Origin: Vitrella brassicaformis CCMP3155
Lineage: Eukaryota > Protista > Chromerida
DNA length: 29,672 nucleotides
Assembly: GCA_001179505.1 (NCBI GenBank)
Contig: CDMY01000694.1
Span: 1 to 29,672 of the forward strand
Direction of reading: 5' to 3'
Positions 1-9,768 of this stretch are shown here, piece after piece; position 1 is the stretch's first letter; each line of letters opens with the position of its first letter. The translations under genes were made by a program, and so were the position numbers. The notes under the pieces were generated by a model, which saw nothing but the letters and a program-made list of their open reading frames with translations, searched no databases and was not told the origin of the DNA.

Positions 1-2205
1 CACCGATCGTTTGGGTCCCTCCCTCCCGCCCTGTCCGATTGACCGGGGGGGAAATGAGCCGCCAGCCACTTCACTTGTCAATCCAGCCCCTTATCAGCAG
101 GCAACACCACAGCTCCCCCATACACATAAGCGGCCAAACATGTGCCACCAGTCATACGACCGATGGAGCTCCCTGACAATTGTCATACATACGAACAAGG
201 AGACACGAGATATTCTCTTGGCTTCACTGTCGCTCTCGGCTCGCCCGTCTTTGCTCACCTCGTGAGTATTCTTTACGGCCGTCCCGTTTTTCCGCCTCAG
301 ATAGATGGTCCACGCAAACGACGCGACTCGAGATAGAACCGTCACAAGAGTGAAGAAGGCAGGCACAACAAAGAGTATTGGGTTGCTAGCCTCCGTCGCC
401 CACACGATTGTCAGCACCAAGATGGGCACTTCCAGCAGGGCAAATGCCACAATCCAGATGTGTTGGCATAGGGAGGGAGAGCCGCGGATGGAATAGTGAA
501 GAAACAGCGACACAAAGTCGGCCCACGATATGAACATGATGACATAGCCGGCAACTCCATAGCCTTTTGTTACTTCGTTCACGCACCCCCAATCCCACTC
601 GACCCCACAAATGGATCTCCACTGGTCAAGTCCACTCCCGCTGGTCAATTCCACTCCCACCGCCAAATCAGTCATGAAGTCCACGGCCATCCCCACGACG
701 GCCAGCAGTTTGTACAACCGAATGAAAGTGAGATAGTCCATCCGTTTGAGCCACCGCTTGACCACCGAGCGGTAGAGGAAGGGCTCTGTCTGCCGAGCCT
801 TGGCTATGCGCTCGGCCGTCGCCGAAGGTCTCCAGCCTGCCCGACGGCCGCAGCATGAGAGCCGGTTGTGATCGACGTCGATTTCCTTTACACCCGTTGA
901 TGTGGTCGATGCACGGGTAACCCGCGGCTCAGAGATGACAACCAGCAAAGTGAACTGCAGAAGGGCCGCTCCAGCCAGCCACGCCAGTGCGGCTAAGGGG
1001 TCATCGGAGAGGTCGCCGGCAGTCCCGAACTGCTGACGAGCCGATAAATAGATGAGAATGGTGAGGACAATCGAAATATAGACGACGCATCGGATGCCCC
1101 ACCAGAGAGGCGGTGCGCACAGACTTCCCAATCCAATCAAGAGCACCTGAGATGGCGATGCCCAAGTCACAACCATCAATCCGATGTTTCTCCCTCTTCC
1201 ATCAATCTCAAGACGGAATGGGATCTCCTCGCTCAAGTGGAAGAAGTAGAAACAGCCTCCCCACCACCAGAATGCATAGATCACGACGAGGCCGATAATG
1301 AGAAGGAAATGCCTGAGAGCGTAATCCCTCAGCCACAAGGTCACACAGCCAATCCGCAGCACCAGAAAGCCCCACAGGTCACCCTCCTCAGCCGAAGCAT
1401 CCCCGTCGCCAAGCGGAGCCCGGCCGTCCACTGCAGGGGTGGAGACCGATGTCGAGACGGTGGTGGGAATGTCTGAGAGCCGAGCGCCGCCTTCGCCATC
1501 TCCTTCAGCTGGCCTTTTCGTCGTGACGTCCCCTTCAGAAGCTGATTGTCTGAGGACGTCTGTGTCTGGGGGATCAGCCGTGGCAGGAGGAGGGGCGCTG
1601 ACAGACGTGGGCGGCCTCATGCCTGCGTCACTGGCAGAGCTCGATCTGGAGAGCCGCTCGGCTCCCTCTCCTCCGCGATCCGAGCAGGGATTGGGCGTTA
1701 GGGCAGGCGCCGAATAACGCGCACACGACTCAAAAACCACGAAAGAGGCACATCCAGCTCGCCACATCACCCCCCTGCACCACACTCGAACGAGCTGCAC
1801 AAAGATCTGCAGTCAGCGATTCATTTCCCTCTCCCTTTGTGTGCCATCTGTTGAGTGTTCTGCAGGTCAGTCTTCGGCCGGCGTCACTCGACAGGATGAA
1901 TGGACTTCTCTATGCCGTACAGTGGAAGAGGGGTACACCGATGGAAACCCTGCAGTAGTCAGTTGAGTGTGTGTCTGTGTGTGCGCATTTATCTCAGTCA
2001 CTCACTGCAGAAGATCTGCACTCCTCCTGGCCTTGCTGGTCGCCCTCCCCAATGTGTCGCAGGGACACTGCGGCAACCGCAGCGAGAAGCGCCGGCAGAT
2101 CAACGACGAATCCAGGCCTTTATTGGGCATGACGCCTTTGCCACACTGGTGGTTGTTATTGTGTTGTGTCCTGGACTTTCTGGGTGGCTCTGGCTCGTTG
2201 ACGCC
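1..2205 (-). repeat. Segmental duplication unit 1, inverted relative to ~19054-21526; truncated by the window start
   Basis: Its reverse complement aligns by eye with 19054-21526. The match covers the 3' flank (ggattgacaagtgaagtggctggcgg...cccaaacgatcggtg), the ORF, the upstream region (gaaatgaatcgctgactgcagatctttgtgcagctcg) and the divergent module, and ends at ctcgttgacgcc. Confidence 0.9.
94..1800 (-). CDS. Intronless ~8-TM membrane protein, paralog 1 of 3, unknown function
   Basis: Uninterrupted 568-codon ORF with a Ser/Thr/Pro-rich N-tail, 4 hydrophobic helices, a basic loop (KARQTEPFLYRSVVKRWLKR), 4 more helices and an RRK tail. Homologous to 6604-8142 and 19823-21334. Start is uncertain: GTG 1800, ATG 1767, or the family-conserved ATG at 1620 (MRPPTSVSAPP). 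Confidence 0.85.
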   Translation of the reverse strand: MQLVRVWCRGVMWRAGCASFVVFESCARYSAPALTPNPCSDRGGEGAERLSRSSSASDAGMRPPTSVSAPPPATADPPDTDVLRQSASEGDVTTKRPAEGDGEGGARLSDIPTTVSTSVSTPAVDGRAPLGDGDASAEEGDLWGFLVLRIGCVTLWLRDYALRHFLLIIGLVVIYAFWWWGGCFYFFHLSEEIPFRLEIDGRGRNIGLMVVTWASPSQVLLIGLGSLCAPPLWWGIRCVVYISIVLTILIYLSARQQFGTAGDLSDDPLAALAWLAGAALLQFTLLVVISEPRVTRASTTSTGVKEIDVDHNRLSCCGRRAGWRPSATAERIAKARQTEPFLYRSVVKRWLKRMDYLTFIRLYKLLAVVGMAVDFMTDLAVGVELTSGSGLDQWRSICGVEWDWGCVNEVTKGYGVAGYVIMFISWADFVSLFLHYSIRGSPSLCQHIWIVAFALLEVPILVLTIVWATEASNPILFVVPAFFTLVTVLSRVASFAWTIYLRRKNGTAVKNTHEVSKDGRAESDSEAKRISRVSLFVCMTIVRELHRSYDWWHMFGRLCVWGSCGVAC

Positions 2206-2257
2206 ACAGACGCCCACCCACACACAGATTCAGCAAGAAGGCAGTGCGTGGAAGTGA
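2010..2257 (+). other. Conserved module divergent from paralog 1; possible signal-peptide exon of a small secreted protein
   Basis: One frame reads RSALLLALLVALPNVSQG-HCGNRSEKRRQINDE, versus RSALVLALLVALPNVSQG-HCSNRSEKRRQINEE at ~19150-19250 minus. No in-frame ATG or complete exon chain could be assembled, and indels flank the block, so it may be noncoding. Confidence 0.3.
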
Positions 2258-3415
2258 GAGAGAGGGAGCAAGGACCTTCTTCTGTCTCACATCCGTCCAT
2301 CCGTCCCCGCACCAACCAACACACTACACTCACAGAAACAGAGGGCCATCCTTTTTTCCTTCTCGCCTCCATCCATCAGCCCCTTCGTGTGTATTCACTG
2401 ACCAGCTCCACAGCACACACACACACCGTGACGTGTCTGTCTGTCTGTCTGCTTGTGTCATTGTATAAATTAATATTTACGGTGATTTTTCTTTGCCCCC
2501 ATTCCGTGTGTAAGATGGGCTCGGGGGAGGCACTTTTTTACAGGTGTGGTGTGGTGTGGTGTGGTGTGTGTCATTGGTGTCATTAATGTCACTGTGGGTT
2601 TGTCATCCATTGTATGTGACTTTAAGTGAATGGGCCGGGTGGGTGGCATGCGCACGTCCATTCGTGTGCACGGCACGGCACGGCATGGTGTGTGGTGTTG
2701 TGTGGTGTGGCGCGTGTCACTCATACAGTGACCACCCACCGATGCGGTGCGTGCCTGCTTGCCGACCGGCCGATTCACATCACACAGACCTCATCTCTCC
2801 CTCTGCTTCCTTGCCTCCTTCCCGACCGACACTCGTGTGCGGACAACTGCTGTGAATGCATCGATCTGCCTGATGAGGGTTCGCAGTGAAGATCAGTTGG
2901 TGCAGTCGTTGGTTCAACCATTCAAGCAACACTGATACGATCGACCCATGCAGGGAGTCACATATAGACACAGCCGGCCACTCATGAGCCAGCCAAACAA
3001 GCACCACACGCACTCACCCTCTGTCAAACTGACAGAATTCAGCGTTGACGCAGCAATACCTTCGCCCGTACGCACATCCGATGGCATCGATCCCCTACCA
3101 AGGACAAAGACAGCAGCACACTTTTGTGTCCTGGTTTCCGATAGCGACGTCTCGCTTGTTACGGATGATGGCATGTACGGCGTCAAACGTACGACAAAGA
3201 GGACAGACAGGCATCAGACACTAGCAGAGTTCAGTAACACGCCGAAGGGCACCTGATTGAGCTCCCGGGGACGCTGGCCGGTGACAACCAGGCATTGGCC
3301 ACTCCAAAAAAAGCCAGTAAGCGACATCGAGACAAGAGCCGCCACACAAGAAAGAAGGCATGCATGGCCCCAAGCATCGTACGAGAGAGGATAGACAGGC
3401 GAAAGACACCACGCC

Positions 3416-5322
3416 CTAAACCCGGTCGCGTCGAATCAGTGGATGAGCCTCCGTGTTCAGAACCTGGGAAATAATCAGCGAACACGCAGTGAGGCAGCAT
3501 TTGCCGAGCTCCTTTCTCTTCTCACCCATTTGCTGAGGTCGAGCGTCTCTCGCTCAGAGAAGAGCAAATAGAAGTATTTGAGCGTCTCCGCCATGAAAAA
3601 GGACTGGGCAGGCAGGCAGGCAGGCAGGCAGGCAGACAGGCAAGCGACACACACACGCACATACACACATGCAGACAGGTCCCGTCCATCCACTCGTCAC
3701 GGCCACCAGTGCACATGTACGTGCGCATCATGCAGGTAGTGTCTTTCTCACCTCCGTCGCATCTTCTTGCGACTCCGGGTCGTTTGTGTCCTGCAAAAAG
3801 GAGGGACACATCAAGGCGGAGAACGCCTCAGTTTGCGTCCCCGCACCCGCAAGATTGCGTATCCGAATTTTCCACGACACGACGACTGACAGCCATCACA
3901 AACTCAGAGCAATGTTGTTGCCACGACGATCTCTCCCCTCTTTTGTCGCACCCGTATTCCCTTCCACATTGTGGCGCCCCATTCTCTGAAGGAGAAAACA
4001 TGTGTAACACGCCATGTGTCACTCCATGCCTGATGCATACCTGTATTTCGTCTCCCCAGTGAAATACCACATCAAGTACACGCTTTCTATTGCCTCTGGC
4101 CGCAACAGATATCGCCTGTCGCCCCTGTTCGGATCGAACTCCACTGGCGCCGAGGGATCAGCAGAGCGAAAGACAAACCGCTCCCGCCCGACACCGGTAG
4201 CACTTAGGTAGTAGGGAAGGAAGCCTATGCATGGGAGGAAGGGGGCAGGAAACATGAGACATGGTGATGAGGCGTACATCTATTCACGACGAGGCCGTGA
4301 TTTGCTTACAGGCCTGGGTTATTGCCTCGGCCTGCTTCATCCATTGTATCTCTTTGGCCTTGGCCATCTCGAGCTCTCTTTGCCCCAATATAACCTGCAC
4401 ACAGGAGAGAAAGACAGCACACCCAGGGATGGATGGATGGATGGACGGGGGCACACGCATACAGGGTGGGAGACGTGGTGTTTACCATGCCCGGTGCGAA
4501 GCACGCTAAGTGCTCCTACGTTCCCGCGAGAACACAAGGCAGTTGATGACTTCCCCACCTTTGCATCAGCATACCATTTCTAGATTGGAAGGATCGCTGA
4601 AACCGCCTGGAGCAGCCACAACCTAGAAAGCGTGTGAAGGTGACGGCCAAGAAAGAGAAACACACAGACGATCTCTCTCTTGGTCGATCTTACTGTGACG
4701 GCTCCCGAATTGTCCATCTTGACAAGTTGCTCGAACATCTCGTCCATCGCCAGTTCCCAGTCTGTGCTGTACTCCTCCATACCCGTTTGTTTGAAGGTAC
4801 CACTTCAATATGTACTCGTAGTACCTGGATCAGCAGTCCCATCATGACTCCAATGCGTTGGTGTGTCCTCACATACTCAAACTCGCCTTGTCGCCTTACG
4901 AGTCAGCGCCGCCTCCCATGGATGCTTCTCCGCCTGCCCCCTTCGGCTCTTCAACGTTGAGAATATTCATGAATCTGCAGTCAACAAGACAGAGACAGCA
5001 GATGTTTGGTTGCACGGCTGTGCGACAGTGCGCCATTACGGCAATAAATTGTCATTGCCTCCCGCCTTGCGTATCTGCAGATACGCCCGCCTCGCCGCGT
5101 CTTTGAACTTGGGATCGCCCGTCAGGTCCGACAGAGCAAAGAACTCTAGCTGAAAAGTGCCGACCTCCGCAAGGTTGACAATGCAATCCTTTGAGCATGA
5201 GCTGGTGCTCAAGTTGATCTGCCGACAAGGGAAACCGGATGCCGCGTCGATTCCACGGTACAGCCGCTCTCCGATGTCGATGGCCTTGGCCAGAAGGCCC
5301 GGCCTTCCTGACAACGATGCAG

Positions 5323-5357
<35 letters not shown>

Positions 5358-6053
5358 AGAGACAGAGAGTGAGATCTTTATGTATGCATCATCCACACCC
5401 AAAAGTCCCCTCACATGATAATAAGCCACCCAGAATACGGATCGTAATCTCACTGAGCGGACAAGAGCAAGACAGCAAACTTGCAACGCGCACTGACTCG
5501 CACACTCATCCTCTTACAAGAAGGAGAAGGTCATTGCTTTGTCGAAGTCCAAGTTTTTCTCTATGTAACGTGCGGCCTCGCTAAATTCGTCGAGCTCGGA
5601 CATCAGATAAAGAGTGTCGAGTGACTCTACCATCATCAGCATCATGTTCATATAGTTGTTAGGCGTTCCTGAAAGTGGCTCGAGCTCGTCAAAGCCCAGC
5701 GCCAGCTCCTTGTAGTGTGACCAAGTCCAAAGGAACTCGTCGATGATTTCTTGTCGAATCGCTGTGGCGTTGACGGCAGGCAAAGTGATAGATAATGGGA
5801 GAGACCGCATCGGCATCTCGAGAGGCCGCATGGCTTCACTTTCCCGCTCGCTCTGCCGCGCCTGTCGCCACCTTGTGCTATTCACTTCGGCCTCCATCTC
5901 ACAGCTGTGGCGCCGCTGTTCCTGACTCATGACTCCAGGCCCGTCAGGGACAGATTGAAGGAAGGCGGCGGTGAGATTCTCCAAACGTGCGACCTGCTGG
6001 CATGACATCTGGTCGACGGTCACCACCCACAGGAAGAGAAGGAAGCTCAGCAT
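3416..6053 (-). CDS. Glycoside hydrolase family 47 (class I alpha-1,2-mannosidase), multi-exon
   Basis: GH47 motifs rebuilt across GT-AG introns: WSHYKELALGFDELEPLS, VESLDTLYLM, F|EITIRILGGLLS, LAEVGTFQLEF, GGADS|YYEYILK, M|EHLACFAPGM|VILG, RRYLLRPEAIES, SFFMAETLKYFYLLF (exon 3526-3603), VLNTEAHPL (exon 3416-3463, stop 3416-3418). Exon 1 (6053-5518) begins with a hydrophobic leader, MLSFLLFLWVVTV. Catalytic acidic residues and the Ca-binding Thr appear intact. Confidence 0.96.
5326..5351 (+). repeat. (CA)n tract, i.e. (GT)n directly before a splice acceptor of the GH47 gene
   Basis: The minus strand reads gtgtgtgtgtgtgtgtgtgtgtgtgcag|ctgcatcg. Confidence 0.9.
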
Positions 6054-6262
6054 CCTCTTGATGACAGCGGCCTCCTCTTAATGCCAGCGGCCTTCCGAAT
6101 GACGCGTTTGCGGATTGTTTGTTGGCCTTCACTACGCCCCAGATTTACACGCGTACGGTCCCGTGCTTCTGTTCTACCCAGCGCCTGGCCTTGCTGGTCA
6201 GATGAGCATGGAAGCGTCCTCCATATGCACTTGCGGGGAAAAAGCCGCCGTGCATATGCGAA

Positions 6263-8350
6263 ACCCTGCAGCTGTGTGCGCGTTATACGGTGCCTGCCCA
6301 AACGCCAATCCCCGCTCGGATCGCGGAGGAGAGAGAGGAAGAAAGGCAGCAGAGAAAACTCACAAACGCACACAGGATGGCGACCAACACGCAGCCAGAA
6401 GGGCTCTCACTGCATCAGCTGACTTTTCTCTCTCTCTGTTCTCTCCGTCCGTCTGGCTATGTGTCTGTCTGTCTGTGAAGCCGCCGTGATTTGGCTGCCG
6501 AGCTCACTTACTACACAGCAGATCTGCAACAACGGCCTTCAAGCATCACGTTTATTCGCACGGCTCTCGATCTCCAAGATCGGCTCTCCGAGTGGAGGCA
6601 GATATGAGGCCGCCCACGTCTGTCAGCGCCCCTCCTCCTTCCACGGCTGATCCCCCAGACACAGACGTCCTCAGACAGTCAGCTTCTGAAATGGACGTCT
6701 TGACGACAAGGCCAGCGGAGTCACCGGAGCATCAATCGGAGGCTCAAGGAGATGGCGAAGGCGGCGCTCGGCTCTCAGACATTCCCACCACCGTCTCGAC
6801 ATCGGTCTCCACCCCTGCAGTGGACGGCCGGGCTCCGCTTGGCGACGGGGATGCTTCGGCTGAGGAGGGCGATCTGTGGGGCTTTCTGGTGCTGCGGATT
6901 GGCTGTGTGACCTTGTGGCTGACGGACTACCCTCTGAGGCATTTCCTTCTCATCATCGGCCTCGTCGTGCTCTATGCACTCTGGTGGTGGGGGGGCCTTC
7001 TCTACGTACTTCTCGTTATCCTTGGCTCGGCAAACAGAGCCCTTCCTGTACCGCTCGGCGGTCAAGCGGTGTTACTCACCATCGTGGCGATCAATCTGGC
7101 GACTTTTGCACCGCCGTCTGTGATGCTCCTCGTTGGATTGGGAAGTCTGTTTGCACCGCCTCTTTGGTGGGGCACTCGATGGCTCATGTACTTCTCTATC
7201 GTTCTGACAATCGTCGCATCCGGAAGCCTGTTAGCTGGGGCTTATGTGTCCCTTGCCGAAGGCAATCCCTTCGACAAGAACGGCCACAGCGATCCCTTCG
7301 GCCTGCGCTTTGGCACACTGGCATGGGCGGCTGGTGCGGTGCTTCTGCAGTTCACCCTCTTCGTTGTCTTGTCGGAGCCACGCATTGCCCGTGCATTGAC
7401 CAGCCCGACGGGCGGAAGGGAAAGCGATGGCGATCACAACCGGCTCTCGTGCTGCGGCCGTCGGGCAAGGTGGAGACCCTCGGCGACGGCCGAGTGGATA
7501 GCCAAGGCTCGGCAGACAGAGCCCTTCCTCTACCGCTCGGTGACCAAGCGGTGGCTCAAACGGATGGACTATCTCACTTTCATTCGGTTGTATAAACTGC
7601 TGGCCGTCGTGGGGATGGCCGTGGATTTCATTACCGATGCTGCAGTGGGGTTGGAAATGATCTTCCAGGGGCTGGAAGAATTGAACTGGTCGGGGGACCC
7701 GGAAGCGCAAGGCCTAGAAGGAGAAGCACAAGGCTATCTAGTTGTCGGTGGCGTCATCCTGGGCCTATCGCTGGCTGATTTCATATCGCTGTTTGTCCAT
7801 TATGGTATCCGCAGCTCTCCCTCGCTATGCCAACACATCTGGATTGCGGCCCTTGCCCTGCTGGAAGTGCCCATCTTGGTGCTGACGATCGTCTGGGCGA
7901 TGGAGGCCAGCAACCCGATACTCTTCATCGTGTCTGCCTTCTTCACTCTGGTGACGGTTCTCTCTCGAGTCGGGCCGTTCGCGTGGAGCGTATATGTGCG
8001 GCGAAAAGTCGGGACGGCCGCAAAGAATACTCACGAGGTGAGCAATGAAGAGCGAGCCTTCAACGAGAGTGAAGCCAAGAAAGTATCTCGTGTCTTCTTG
8101 TTCGTATGTCTGACAAATGTCAGGGAGAGCCATCTGTCGTAACGGATGGCACATCTTTGGCCGCTGATGTATGGCGGAAGTGTGGTAGTTTCGCCCGGTG
8201 GGTGGATTGGATTGACAAATAGCTAGCTGGCCCGGTCAATCGGACAGGGACGGAGGGCCCAAACGATCGGTGGATGGACGGATGTATGTGTCTGCAGATG
8301 CATGTCCGTCAGTCAGATGCTTGTTTGCATTTTGCAGCGAAAGGTGTGTG
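6263..8350 (+). repeat. Duplication unit 2 (direct relative to unit 3, inverted relative to unit 1)
   Basis: Homology to the other copies starts at gtgtgcgcgttatacggtgcctgccc (~6263). It runs through the ORF and 3' flank (ccggtcaatcggacaggg...cccaaacgatcggtg) to gtttgcattttgcagcgaaaggtgtgt (~8348), which matches ~21590-21614. Confidence 0.85.
6604..8142 (+). CDS. Intronless ~8-TM membrane protein, paralog 2 of 3
   Basis: Uninterrupted ORF (track start GTG 6592; conserved ATG 6604, MRPPTSVSAPP) with the same architecture as paralog 1. Head-to-head with the GH47 gene, ~550 bp between starts. Confidence 0.88.
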   Translation: MRPPTSVSAPPPSTADPPDTDVLRQSASEMDVLTTRPAESPEHQSEAQGDGEGGARLSDIPTTVSTSVSTPAVDGRAPLGDGDASAEEGDLWGFLVLRIGCVTLWLTDYPLRHFLLIIGLVVLYALWWWGGLLYVLLVILGSANRALPVPLGGQAVLLTIVAINLATFAPPSVMLLVGLGSLFAPPLWWGTRWLMYFSIVLTIVASGSLLAGAYVSLAEGNPFDKNGHSDPFGLRFGTLAWAAGAVLLQFTLFVVLSEPRIARALTSPTGGRESDGDHNRLSCCGRRARWRPSATAEWIAKARQTEPFLYRSVTKRWLKRMDYLTFIRLYKLLAVVGMAVDFITDAAVGLEMIFQGLEELNWSGDPEAQGLEGEAQGYLVVGGVILGLSLADFISLFVHYGIRSSPSLCQHIWIAALALLEVPILVLTIVWAMEASNPILFIVSAFFTLVTVLSRVGPFAWSVYVRRKVGTAAKNTHEVSNEERAFNESEAKKVSRVFLFVCLTNVRESHLS

Positions 8351-9768
8351 TACTGTAGTATCATGGTCTTGCCTCGATCGAGGCCCTCTTATTGGCTGAT
8401 CGACATGCCCGTCTGTCTGATATGTATGGGTCGTTACTTACACTCTTTTGATGTCGCTGGTCGATGTGTGTGTGTGTTTCCGGACCGATCGGTGGCTGAA
8501 TGGCAGGCAGATATTGAGGTCGTCGGGTTGTCTTGGCAGCGAATTTGATGAACGAATGACCCAATGGATTTACCTCTGACAGTGTGTCTGTGAATGTGTG
8601 CGTCTGTCTGTCTGTGTGTATCTCTCACTGTGTGTGTCTCACTGTGCGAGCGTAGTGTGCACGGTGTGTGCGTGTGTGTGTGCATCCATCACACACGCCC
8701 TCCTGGCTGCGCACACCCATGCATCCATCCCCCCTGACAAGGGCTACTCTGCCCCATTCTGTATGTGTCTCTTCCTGCACACATAGCACGTTCTCACGAG
8801 AAACAGACTCCTTCTCATTCAGACTCGAGAATGGCCAGGAAGTGATTGAATGAGTCAACGATTGATTGATACTGTGAGTAGATATGAATCAGCCATTTGT
8901 AGACGGCGTGTCGAATGCCTCTAGATCTATGTGTTCGTACCTGGCCGCCTCATGCGTCTCTGAACACAGGCAACACAAGAGCAAGAACGAGCCAGGCCGG
9001 TGGTCGCCGGCGCCTGTCTCCCATTAACGTTGATTCCATCCATTCAATCACACAGCCACCCACCCATCGATATCACGCACTCACTCACACAACAAGCAAC
9101 AAGCAATCATGTGTCTCACCTATAGCTAACGGTCCTATCAATCTCACACTCGTTCGCAGCACTTGGCGACTCACCAATCGCACACGTGACCAAGACAGAT
9201 GAGATGGTTTGAGATGCAATCGTGACGTCCTCTGGTATATGTTTTCGACTTCGCAGCTGTGCGCCTTTTGTTTCAGTGTCCGGGAGCCCGATCGGCGAGT
9301 CCTGCCTCTCTTAGTCGCTTCTCCGTGTGTATGCATGTGCACGTGTTGTGTACAGAGAGGGGTCTTCTGGCCAGTGCTTGATTGCGTGGTCGGTCTGTGT
9401 GTATAGGGAGGGAGAGGGGGAGGGGCATGGATGGATGGATGGATGCGTGCGTGAATGTTGTCGCATGAGTGTCGTCCCCTTTCAGCACGTCTGTGTCGTG
9501 CTGCTTGGTAGACACACACTGCTTGCAGCGAAGACACTCAACCAGTCAATTGCCGCCATGTGTTCAGAATCAGAAACCGGTGGGTCCATCACACGCACAC
9601 ACGGAAACAGACATACACCAGCCACGCCGGCCATAAGGAAGGCACACCTTCTTCATGGTGATTCCTTGTTGTACGGTGTGACTCGACAGACAGCCTGACG
9701 TCACAACACACACGCGTACACAGAAACGCCCTGAATCGGTGTCCTGCCTCACAGGCCACCCTGACCGT

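Noticed and set aside
496-858. ORFs antisense to the 8-TM genes (also 6775-7065, 7231-7710, 19997-20233, 20556-20969)
   Set aside because: They are shadows of the real coding strand; their similarity to each other just reflects the duplication.
1900-2586. 228-aa plus-strand ORF starting MDFS, with a counterpart at 18882-19394 minus
   Set aside because: The two copies switch relative frame at indels and the ORF runs into microsatellite sequence, so it is unlikely to be a real single-exon CDS.
3412-3422. TTTAGGG telomere-like heptamer on the minus strand
   Set aside because: Single copy overlapping the GH47 stop codon, not an array.
8270-9740. Many 60-150 aa ORFs rich in C/V/H/T
   Set aside because: They are translations of (GT)n/(CA)n/(GATG)n microsatellites in a convergent 3' UTR/intergenic region, with no consistent exon chain.
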